DNA of 64,000 nucleotides from Minisyncoccia bacterium (GTDB taxonomy: Bacteria; Patescibacteriota; Minisyncoccia; Phycocordibacterales; Phycocordibacteraceae). Position numbers and translations under genes: made by a program. Under the pieces are notes generated by a model. That model searched no databases. It was not told where the DNA came from and worked only from the letters and a program-made list of their open reading frames with translations. This document shows, one piece after another, positions 52,347 through 59,102 of this stretch. The stretch spans positions 142,862 to 206,861 of the forward strand of contig JBBQZW010000001.1 in assembly GCA_038207395.1 (NCBI GenBank), in the 5' to 3' direction. Position 1 is the stretch's first letter; each line of letters begins with the position of its first letter.

Positions 52347-52626
52347 AGTGTTTGTTTAATTAGCAAGTAATCATACGATACGTATATCAACTATCTAGTG
52401 GGATCACTTATGTATAGCAAAGATTGCTGGATATTCGCCTCATCTCGCACTGTATGTACCTATGCGCCAAATGTGCTGAGTGCGACGCCAAGGTAGTACG
52501 GCCAAAGTATGAGGGCCAATACTCCCTGCCAAAAGGTGAGGCCAACAAATCCAATACTGAACAACCACCCTATTATCCAAAACCCTCCAACAAGTCCGTG
52601 GTGTTCAATCCTCATCATCTCTTTAC

Positions 52627-52863
52627 TCATACGGATGTAGCATGTTGAACCTGCGCAACGGTACCAACGTTTTCTTTTGGAATGATATAGATGGCGATAC
52701 CGTAGGCAATCAATCCAGGAACAAATCCTGTGAATACCACGATAAGAAGCCAGATGAGACGAATAACGACAGGATCCATATCAAAGTACTCGCCTATTCC
52801 ACCACACACACCGGAGATAACCTTACTCTTATCACTCCGATACATCCGTTTATTCATTTTCAT
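52627..52863 (-). CDS. PspC-domain membrane protein.
   Basis: RMYRSDKSKVISGVCGGIGEYF followed by a TM helix. Confidence 0.7.
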   Translation of the reverse strand: MKMNKRMYRSDKSKVISGVCGGIGEYFDMDPVVIRLIWLLIVVFTGFVPGLIAYGIAIYIIPKENVGTVAQVQHATSV

Positions 52864-52985
52864 AGTATAGAGAGTTGTTTAGGCCACCGAAGTGGCTAAG
52901 TGCTTCACCTATACTATACATCTTTATGGTGAGTTTCTGATTAAAATATGCTAGTGTCTGTCCAGACCTGGAATGAGGAGGGGTT

Positions 52986-53528
52986 ATGAATATCGAAAAA
53001 ACTAGCTTCGATAGGTCCCTCAAAAAAGTACGGGGACTCTATCAAAATCATCTTGAAGGAGTGCTCAGCCCATCTAGTTTCACAACTAAGGCACGTACTG
53101 AGTTACATTTCCTTTATATGCAACACACCAGGAATTTGATTGAGAGGACCGCTTCTCGCTTCATCGAAGAGATTCGTTCTTTTCAAGCCCAGTTTGGTCT
53201 TGATCTAGACTGCGACGAAGTATATCTTACTCAAGTGACTCGAGGATATCGTGGTATCCGTGCAAGCCTGCACATCCGTAACAAGGTGTACAAGTATTCT
53301 TCCGGATCAACAGAAGTGTTCATTGGTCCGTTCGATGAATGGGGCAAGATTGCAATACATACGGTTGGTGAGCGAGAGTTTGGAAACCGGCCAAGCCTGT
53401 ATACAAAGAGGAAGAAAAATCGTTGGCAGCAGGTGCAGGAATATAACTTCCCGGATCTACTCCAATGGATAAAGGAAGAGGTTGAACGACCTGAACCTGA
53501 ATTTGACGAAGATGATGTTCCTTTTTAG
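52986..53528 (+). CDS. Hypothetical protein.
   Basis: It is a 180-aa ORF followed by a hairpin terminator at 53534-53577. No domain call. Confidence 0.4.
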   Translation: MNIEKTSFDRSLKKVRGLYQNHLEGVLSPSSFTTKARTELHFLYMQHTRNLIERTASRFIEEIRSFQAQFGLDLDCDEVYLTQVTRGYRGIRASLHIRNKVYKYSSGSTEVFIGPFDEWGKIAIHTVGEREFGNRPSLYTKRKKNRWQQVQEYNFPDLLQWIKEEVERPEPEFDEDDVPF

Positions 53529-53596
53529 AACCGTCCGCCTGAAACCCCTCGCTGGTCTCTCGGCGAGGCGGTTTTTTATAAAGATGTTGGTTGGGG

Positions 53597-53623
53597 GTTT
53601 GGACAGTATTCGAACAAATCTAA
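53597..53623 (-). repeat. Cassette-boundary direct repeat, copy 1 (GTTTGGACAGTATTCGAACAAATCTAA).
   Basis: It is homologous to the copies at 54278, 54895 and 55667, and sits immediately downstream (minus sense) of a terminator hairpin. Confidence 0.7.
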
Positions 53624-53653
53624 TTGCGACTAATCGATGTATAGAAAAAAGGC

Positions 53654-54034
53654 TTACCAGTTCGGTAAGCCTTCAATAAGTAGTAGTTTTGCTAGCTGAT
53701 CAAATATTTCAGCTTCGGCACGCATTTGTGGGATACCATGTCGAATGTAATGTCTTTCATTACCCTTATCCAAGGTCACGAGTGGTAGCAGATGCGCGTG
53801 AAGTTTATCCGCTTTGATTCTAAGGTTCGTAGCGGTGGCTTGTAGTGCTTCCGCTATTTGATTGAAGTTCATTCTGCTTAGTAGCTGCAGTAGATCTTGC
53901 GTCTCTTGAATGGACGTTTCAATCTCTTCGCTCTCTTGTTTGTTCTTTTCCAAATGATGCTGCTGTGCTTCTGCGCCGACAGCTGCAAGCGATAGAATTT
54001 CTTTAACTGAGCGAGGTTCGCATCCTTCAAGCAA
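53654..54034 (-). CDS. Hypothetical protein with a possible HEPN-like Rx4H motif.
   Basis: It is a 126-aa protein carrying NERHYIRHG. The terminator hairpin AAGGCTTACC-agttc-GGTAAGCCTT overlaps its stop. Confidence 0.35.
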   Translation of the reverse strand: MLEGCEPRSVKEILSLAAVGAEAQQHHLEKNKQESEEIETSIQETQDLLQLLSRMNFNQIAEALQATATNLRIKADKLHAHLLPLVTLDKGNERHYIRHGIPQMRAEAEIFDQLAKLLLIEGLPNW

Positions 54035-54070
54035 ATTATCCTCCAGACCAACGATATCCTGTTCTTTGCA

Positions 54071-54271
54071 CTATGCCTCCAATTTGTCGGGATCAATTAT
54101 AGTTGCGATCCATTCATCTTGGTCAAGTGATTCTTGCGCCAGACGTTTAAGCCTTTCGCTTAAAATATGGACAAGATGAGATACAACTTGCTCACGATTT
54201 ATAAACAACATCTTATTTCTCCTGAATTGTACTCTCAAAAGTATTTGAACATTTTGTATTAAAAAAGTCAA
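54071..54271 (-). CDS. Small hypothetical protein (45-66 aa) co-oriented upstream of the HEPN-like gene.
   Basis: The ORF has an alternative start at MLFINREQ near 54211. It is 37 nt upstream of the next gene. Confidence 0.3.
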   Translation of the reverse strand: MTFLIQNVQILLRVQFRRNKMLFINREQVVSHLVHILSERLKRLAQESLDQDEWIATIIDPDKLEA

Positions 54272-54277
54272 TTGTTG

Positions 54278-54308
54278 ACCGTCTGGGACGATATTCGAAC
54301 AATTCTAA
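54278..54308 (-). repeat. Cassette-boundary direct repeat, copy 2 (ACCGTCTGGGACGATATTCGAACAATTCTAA).
   Basis: It matches copy 3 at 26 of 28 positions and is flanked by the palindrome GTCAATTGTTGAC. Confidence 0.75.
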
Positions 54309-54311
54309 ATA

Positions 54312-54352
54312 AGTAAAATAAAAGGCGCCGTACCACAAGGGTCGTGCGCCTT
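54312..54352 (-). terminator. Rho-independent terminator for the 162-aa gene.
   Basis: On the minus strand the hairpin AAGGCGCACGACCCTTGTGGTACGGCGCCTT is followed by TTTTATTTT. Confidence 0.6.
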
Positions 54353-54369
54353 CTACTAAAAATCGAAGA

Positions 54370-54858
54370 TCAAGCCGGGTAGATTTCCGCAACACCGTGA
54401 TCAACGACCACGACGGCAAGCTCAATCATATTCTTGAGTTTTTCGGCAGCCTGAGGGTCGAACGTCTCAAGAACAAGCTGAATGCCTTCGCGCTCCGACA
54501 AGCCGCGTGCGAACGGGACTTCATTCGCATCACGATATACTTGCCAGTTGTGGTTCGGCATCAGCATTTCGGCCAGAGGCGCACCGTGCGGATCATCCAC
54601 GTTGATGAGGGTAATTACAACCTCTTCGGCAGTGAGCCCCCTGATCGCAGCGCGCTCCTTGAAATGAGCAACACGGTCGAGCTGAAGGTTCAGTGTGTTC
54701 TGGCAGTTGTGCTTGCCGACTGCTTGAAACATGGCAAAAGCGGCAGAATCATCGAGCACCAGTTGTCCATCGATTTCGCGGACGACTGATTGAGGTTCCT
54801 GCAAGCCGCCGCTTACTTTCATATCCATATCTACTTTCCTTCTTTTGTTCAAAACCAA
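54370..54858 (-). CDS. Hypothetical protein in a GC-rich cassette.
   Basis: About 150-162 aa with an alternative start at MDMKVSGG. It is GC-rich and has no family call. Confidence 0.4.
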   Translation of the reverse strand: MVLNKRRKVDMDMKVSGGLQEPQSVVREIDGQLVLDDSAAFAMFQAVGKHNCQNTLNLQLDRVAHFKERAAIRGLTAEEVVITLINVDDPHGAPLAEMLMPNHNWQVYRDANEVPFARGLSEREGIQLVLETFDPQAAEKLKNMIELAVVVVDHGVAEIYPA

Positions 54859-54894
54859 AAGAACAATACAATCGTTTATTGAAAATGTCTAGCT

Positions 54895-54925
54895 GGCCGT
54901 CTAGGACGATATTCGAACACATCTC
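54895..54925 (-). repeat. Cassette-boundary direct repeat, copy 3 (GGCCGTCTAGGACGATATTCGAACACATCTC).
   Basis: See copy 2. It abuts the stop codon of the upstream GST-like gene. Confidence 0.75.
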
Positions 54926-54933
54926 CCAACTAT

Positions 54934-55590
54934 CTATGAGGTAGGACTTTCGTTATCTCGAGTATTGAAAGCCAGCTGAGCAGCGAATGCGCGCTTGTAT
55001 GCAGGACGTTCCTCTCCGCGTTTAACATAGGACGCGAGATTTGGATACTCATCTAATATGCCTGACGACCTTACCCTGAGTAGCACAGATATCATCATTA
55101 GATCCCCTGCACTGAATTCAGCTTCAAGCCAGTCTGCATCTCCCAAATATGCAGAGAGTCGCTGTAATCGATCTCGAATTCTATCCATGACTAAAGGAAG
55201 TCGCTCAGGCGTCCACAGCTTATCTCCCTCAGCGAACTTTGCAATCGATAGCTCTAGGATAGGTGGTTCGACAGTATTCAGTGCGGCAAATATCCACGTG
55301 ATAGCTCGTGCTCGCGCAGTACTATCATTCGGTAGAAGACCCGGGTGAGCTTCGGCAATATGAAGTACGATTGATCCCGTTTCAAACAATACTAATTCTC
55401 CTTCTTTGTAGATAGGGATTGAACCAAAAGGCTGAAGTGCTAAATATGCAGATTCCTTTAATGCTTTAAAAGAGACGGGCCGGACTTCATACGATTGGCC
55501 AACTTCCTCAAGAGCCCATCTAACACGAGTATCACGAGCTAGCCCTTTACCGCCATCAGGTGAACGATCAAATGCGCTGATAATAATCAT
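54934..55590 (-). CDS. Glutathione S-transferase family protein (second GST in the window) in a GC-rich cassette.
   Basis: LQPFGSIPIYKEGELVLFETGSIVLHIAE (GST N-domain) and a GST C-terminal-like helical region. Confidence 0.65.
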   Translation of the reverse strand: MIIISAFDRSPDGGKGLARDTRVRWALEEVGQSYEVRPVSFKALKESAYLALQPFGSIPIYKEGELVLFETGSIVLHIAEAHPGLLPNDSTARARAITWIFAALNTVEPPILELSIAKFAEGDKLWTPERLPLVMDRIRDRLQRLSAYLGDADWLEAEFSAGDLMMISVLLRVRSSGILDEYPNLASYVKRGEERPAYKRAFAAQLAFNTRDNESPTS

Positions 55591-55666
55591 ACGAAAAGTA
55601 TATGCTATCGATCAGTTTTTAATAAATCCTCAGGCTCTCAGGACGCACGAAACTAACTCCTAAGTT

Positions 55667-55690
55667 GCTGGCCGTCTCGAGTTCGAACCG
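55667..55690 (-). repeat. Cassette-boundary direct repeat, copy 4 (shortened; GCTGGCCGTCTCGAGTTCGAACCG).
   Basis: It shares GCTGGCCGTCT...TTCGAAC with copy 3 and lies between the RT terminator and the GST-like gene. Confidence 0.55.
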
Positions 55691-55770
55691 TATAGAACCA
55701 AGCCCGGGTTAGTCCGTTTGGTGAGCTGGAGCTAGTCGAGAACGACGCGTCTCGTGCACCTAAGAAAGTT

Positions 55771-55806
55771 ACAAAAGTGACACAGGAATGAGGTTTTGAG
55801 TGTCAC
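55771..55806 (-). terminator. Rho-independent terminator after the DGR reverse transcriptase.
   Basis: On the minus strand the hairpin GTGACAC-(16 nt)-GTGTCAC is followed by TTTTGT. Confidence 0.55.
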
Positions 55807-55821
55807 TTGAATAGTTACACA

Positions 55822-56874
55822 CTATTGTCCTCTTTCCAGAACCTCTTGCACTCGGCCTTTTAATTTCAAGGTATTTCCATGCCTCAATAAGCCCAGATAA
55901 GACTGGATTGTTTCACTCTTAACTCCATTCTCGTGTATAGATTTGAGCATGCGTTTCTTAGTCGTAGTACGCAGAGTCCTGTGGTAAGGAAAATGTACCC
56001 AACCAAGAAAATCTATTCCTGACGATACGGTCGCAATAGAAACCTTCAACGGATGGATGGTAAGTCGTAATCTCTCCATGAGGAATGCTTCAATAAGGGG
56101 AAGTTGCGTTTCAAGCGACGCTCTATCTGAAGAGAGGAGCACAAAATCGTCTGCATAGCGCATATAGTATTTAGCCCTTAACATATGCTTCGCGAAATGA
56201 TCGAACTCGTTCATATATACGTTCACGAGGAGTTGGCTCGTGAGATTCCCGAGCGGTAGTCCGACGCCCTTTCTTGTGGAAGAAAAGCTTTCGATAATTT
56301 GGGACAATAACCAACAGATATCCTCATCTGGAATATAGCTCTGAATAATCGAAGTAAGGATGCCGTGATCTATAGATGCGAAGAATTTTCGGATGTCACA
56401 TTTCAGCACCCACCCCGTCTTTGTATAGTTCTTGGAAACCTTACCAGAGAAACGATTGAATCGTTCGAGGGCTTTATGGACACCTTTATTATCTCGGCAT
56501 GAATAGGAGTCAGCGATAAACGTCCGATCGAAGAACGGATAGAGCTTCCGATACAACGCGTGATGCAGAAGTCGATCACGCACACTCGCCTTATGAATAT
56601 CGCGTGGCTTCGGATCAGATATCTTGAATGCCCAATACTCAGAGTGACGGTAGATCTTGCTAGCAAGGTCGTCTCGGAGTCTCAGAATGTTATCCATGAG
56701 ATTCTCCTCAAATTCCCGCACGTCGGTGCGACTCCGCTTCCCCGAAGCGAACTCACGCCATGCTTCGAGCAGGTTTTCTAGCGAAATGATATCGTGATAG
56801 GAACTACTTGATTGAATTTTATTAGGAACATGGAACGTACCCCCCCCCCGAGACTTTTGCCAGTTATTGAGCAT
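55822..56874 (-). CDS. Diversity-generating retroelement (DGR) reverse transcriptase.
   Basis: 350 aa. It has RT motifs including YADD (MRYADDFVLL) and the DGR-specific LPLGNLTSQLLVNVY motif, which replaces the QGxxxSP of retron and group II RTs. It lies 350 nt from a TR/VR pair with adenine-specific mismatches. Confidence 0.9.
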   Translation of the reverse strand: MLNNWQKSRGGGTFHVPNKIQSSSSYHDIISLENLLEAWREFASGKRSRTDVREFEENLMDNILRLRDDLASKIYRHSEYWAFKISDPKPRDIHKASVRDRLLHHALYRKLYPFFDRTFIADSYSCRDNKGVHKALERFNRFSGKVSKNYTKTGWVLKCDIRKFFASIDHGILTSIIQSYIPDEDICWLLSQIIESFSSTRKGVGLPLGNLTSQLLVNVYMNEFDHFAKHMLRAKYYMRYADDFVLLSSDRASLETQLPLIEAFLMERLRLTIHPLKVSIATVSSGIDFLGWVHFPYHRTLRTTTKKRMLKSIHENGVKSETIQSYLGLLRHGNTLKLKGRVQEVLERGQ

Positions 56875-57204
56875 GCTGTTTCAGTATATAAGCTCTGGTA
56901 TGAGTATCGAGACCATTTCCCAAAGAAATCTCGCTATACGCTGGGCGACCGGATAGACCTAGTTTTCATACAGCTCGTGGAATTGCTGTGGGCAGCAGGG
57001 TACCAGGCGAAAGATGAGAAGCTCCCCACCATAGCAGCCGCGATACGGAAATTAGACGGTCTTAAATTTTTGCTTCGTATTGCGTGGGAAATTCAGATTC
57101 TCGATAGCACGAAGTACGCCTCCCTGTCTGAACCTCTCTTTGAGATCGGGAAGATGCTTGGCGGTTGGCGAAAAGGCATAGAAACGAAAACTCCCACACG
57201 TTAA
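56812..57204 (+). CDS. avd: Accessory variability determinant (Avd)-like four-helix-bundle protein. It is divergent from the RT, its 5' end overlaps it, and the start is uncertain.
   Basis: It resembles the TIGR02436 four-helix-bundle / 23S rRNA IVS protein family (FPKKSRYTLGDRIDLVFIQLVELL ... LSEPLFEIGKMLGGW). It sits between the RT and the TR. Confidence 0.6.
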   Translation: MNFIRNMERTPPPRLLPVIEHAVSVYKLWYEYRDHFPKKSRYTLGDRIDLVFIQLVELLWAAGYQAKDEKLPTIAAAIRKLDGLKFLLRIAWEIQILDSTKYASLSEPLFEIGKMLGGWRKGIETKTPTR

Positions 57205-57227
57205 GTGCGGGAGAACCGTGGGAGTTT

Positions 57228-57340
57228 CGAGAGAACGCTCGATTACCGGCATTCCAGTTGTCATCGTCCAGCTTCCACGTGTTGACGTTCCACTTCCGAT
57301 CGTCGCCGTTCCAGTTGACGTTGACGACATAGCCTGCGAC
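57228..57340 (-). repeat. DGR template repeat (TR), 113 nt.
   Basis: It matches 57686-57798 at 99 of 113 positions. All 14 mismatches fall where the minus strand of this copy has A, so this copy is the adenine-bearing template. An in-frame translation reads AGYVVNVNWNGDDRKWNVNTWKLDDDNWNAGNRAFSRN, rich in AAC codons. Confidence 0.88.
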
Positions 57341-57634
57341 TCTCGTACCTAGCGCCATCTGTGCCACCATCCGTTGAGTACTCTCCGGACTGAATAGTAT
57401 TTGGGACGTCGAAGTCCTCCAGCGTTAGATACCAACTACCAAGATTTTTTATAAAATTCCGGGCGCATGCTTTCTCAAGCCGTAGCCGGAGAGATTCGAG
57501 CCCACGGAATTCCAGAGTCCCTATGCCTAAGCCAATAGCCGAGACATCACCAAGAACTCAATACCAGTATACAAAATAAAAATCCCTCGGATTTCAAAGA
57601 TACAAAGTATCAAAGAGATAAGAGAGATTTCGGT

Positions 57635-57664
57635 GGCGAGTCTGGCCGGATTGCCAGACTCGCC
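57635..57664 (-). other. GC-rich 12-bp stem hairpin 22 nt downstream of the VR (DGR target-recognition hairpin/cruciform candidate).
   Basis: GGCGAGTCTGGC-cggatt-GCCAGACTCGCC, a perfect inverted repeat. Confidence 0.65.
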
Positions 57665-57678
57665 CAAGATGTTCAGGT

Positions 57679-58209
57679 TCAGTTGCGAGAGAACGCTCGA
57701 CCACCGGCATCCCAGTTGACAACGCCCAGCTCCCACGTGTAGACGTCCCACCTCCGACCGCCGCCGTACCAGTTGACGTCGACGACATAGCCTGCGACGT
57801 AGAACAGGTTCGCATAGCCGTTGTTGAGGAGGTCGCCCGCCTCGCCATTGGGTTGCTTGCTGATCATCTGGTCGATGCGAGCGCACAGCTCGGACTCGTC
57901 GAAGATGTAGTCCTCGCCGAGGCCGGGCGTGATCTCGCGATCGTAGGCGTTTTTCGTCAGCTCGCGCGAGATGAGGGTCAACGAGTCGAGGCTTTCGACC
58001 GGCTTCGCCTTCGAGCGCACACGCGACACGAAGTCGTCGGAGACCCAGACACCCTTGCGGGTTTTGAGAGCCGACGGGTCGTAGGTCGCAATGGCGTCGA
58101 GCGAGACACTGTCGTTGATCAGCTTCAGCACAGCAGGCTTGGGAGCCTGCTGTGCTGAAGCTGATTCGGAAGCCCCGAGCGCAGAACGCTCTTGAGATGG
58201 GCTTCCCAC
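57679..58209 (-). CDS. DGR target (variable) protein with a C-terminal VR. The 5' boundary is uncertain: the GTG start has no obvious RBS and the ORF overlaps an upstream ORF.
   Basis: It is a 176-aa ORF whose last ~37 codons are the VR. The alternative-frame Arg-rich ORF 57527..58219 is rejected. Confidence 0.75.
   Translation of the reverse strand: MGSPSQERSALGASESASAQQAPKPAVLKLINDSVSLDAIATYDPSALKTRKGVWVSDDFVSRVRSKAKPVESLDSLTLISRELTKNAYDREITPGLGEDYIFDESELCARIDQMISKQPNGEAGDLLNNGYANLFYVAGYVVDVNWYGGGRRWDVYTWELGVVNWDAGGRAFSRN
57686..57798 (-). repeat. DGR variable repeat (VR), 113 nt, at the extreme C-terminus of the target gene.
   Basis: It is the variable partner of the TR. At the 14 TR-adenine positions it carries G (10 times) or T (4 times). 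It encodes ...AGYVVDVNWYGGGRRWDVYTWELGVVNWDAGGRAFSRN*. Confidence 0.88.
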
Positions 58210-58322
58210 GCCGCGCCATTTTCGCCGGTGAACCGGTTCATGACGTCGAGCGACAGGTTGACTTGGGGTTGGGACAGATTGACCGAAGCCCGCACGAGCG
58301 AGCCGAGCATGTCTTTGGACAT
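58125..58322 (-). CDS. Small ORF with a strong RBS (AAAGGAG-N7-ATG) that overlaps the 5' end of the target ORF. It may be the true N-terminus of a frameshifted target gene or a separate small gene.
   Basis: It reads MSKDMLGSLVRASVNLSQ.... An 85-nt out-of-frame overlap with the 176-aa ORF spans a 19-bp perfect palindrome. Confidence 0.35.
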   Translation of the reverse strand: MSKDMLGSLVRASVNLSQPQVNLSLDVMNRFTGENGAAWEAHLKSVLRSGLPNQLQHSRLPSLLC

Positions 58323-58547
58323 GGTCTATTCTCCTTTAGGGAGCACGCTGTACAACGAATTCGGATGGTTCCCGATTCGCCACAGCAGGAGGAGCCCTAA
58401 AATAAGGCGCTTTCTGCTGTGGCGAACTGCAACTGAATATCAAGGAACTAGTCTGTACCACTTTATCACGATATGATGATAAAGTCAAGTAGCACGCGAC
58501 TCTTTTTAGTCTACACGCGGCAATGGGGTTAGAAACTCATAAGACTG

Positions 58548-58949
58548 TTGAAATGGGCTTATAATTACGCTATGCCAAAGAAACGCGTCGTCATTCTCAC
58601 AGATTTAGCCCTTCACACTCGGGCTGGCCAGCCTACGGCGAGTTTTGCACGTGCTGAGGAGAAGGCTATAGCTGAAAACAAGCTTGGACGTGTGTATGGA
58701 AAGCTCGCTAAGCCAAAGCCCGAAGATATAGACGAGAAGACCCATACGATTAAATTCCGTATTGATCTCCCACCAGACCTAATGGAACAAGTGCAGAGGG
58801 GCGAAGTAGAACTTGCCATGCCCGAAGGAGGGCTGCCTATTTATGTTGGGAAAGATACTCAGGAATTCATGCAGAACATGAATCGCAAGGAGCGTCGACG
58901 CCAGCAATTCAAGAAACACGGCACGAAGACTTGGCGGCCAAAAAGGTAG
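58548..58949 (+). CDS. Hypothetical basic protein (phage-associated region). The probable start is near 58572.
   Basis: No domain call. It is the first plus-strand gene of the phage-like module. Confidence 0.35.
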   Translation: MKWAYNYAMPKKRVVILTDLALHTRAGQPTASFARAEEKAIAENKLGRVYGKLAKPKPEDIDEKTHTIKFRIDLPPDLMEQVQRGEVELAMPEGGLPIYVGKDTQEFMQNMNRKERRRQQFKKHGTKTWRPKR

Positions 58950-59102
58950 TGCTATACTGTAGGAACAATTGAATATACAAGTGGTGCCGTACGCATGTCC
59001 CGCCCACTTCGTTGAGAGAGCCTGAATTCGTCAGCATAGCTGATTAGTTGAGACTTCCCTGCGAAGTGGGCTTTCTCGTTATCTACCTAATAAGTAACGA
59101 GC

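Noticed and set aside
53597-55690. CRISPR array
   Set aside because: The four repeats are 600-700 bp apart with protein-coding genes between them. They are not palindromic CRISPR-like repeats with short spacers, and no cas genes are present.
55640-55760. tRNA or tmRNA 3' fragment (att site) suggested by a GAGTTCGAACC T-loop-like string
   Set aside because: No complementary T-stem or acceptor stem is present. The string is copy 4 of the cassette-boundary repeat.
55822-56874. Retron or group II intron reverse transcriptase
   Set aside because: The gene has the GNLTSQ motif rather than QGxxxSP, it is only 350 aa with no maturase/X domain, and an adjacent TR/VR pair shows adenine-specific differences. 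These features define a DGR.
57052-57370. ORFs of 92 and 102 aa overlapping the template repeat
   Set aside because: They are open frames across the non-coding template repeat. The 102-aa frame only mirrors the target C-terminus because the TR is homologous to the VR.
57527-58219. 230-aa Arg-rich ORF on the minus strand
   Set aside because: It is an alternative frame of the GC-rich target/VR region with low-complexity Arg/Cys-rich composition. The frame carrying the VR (176 aa) is the real one.
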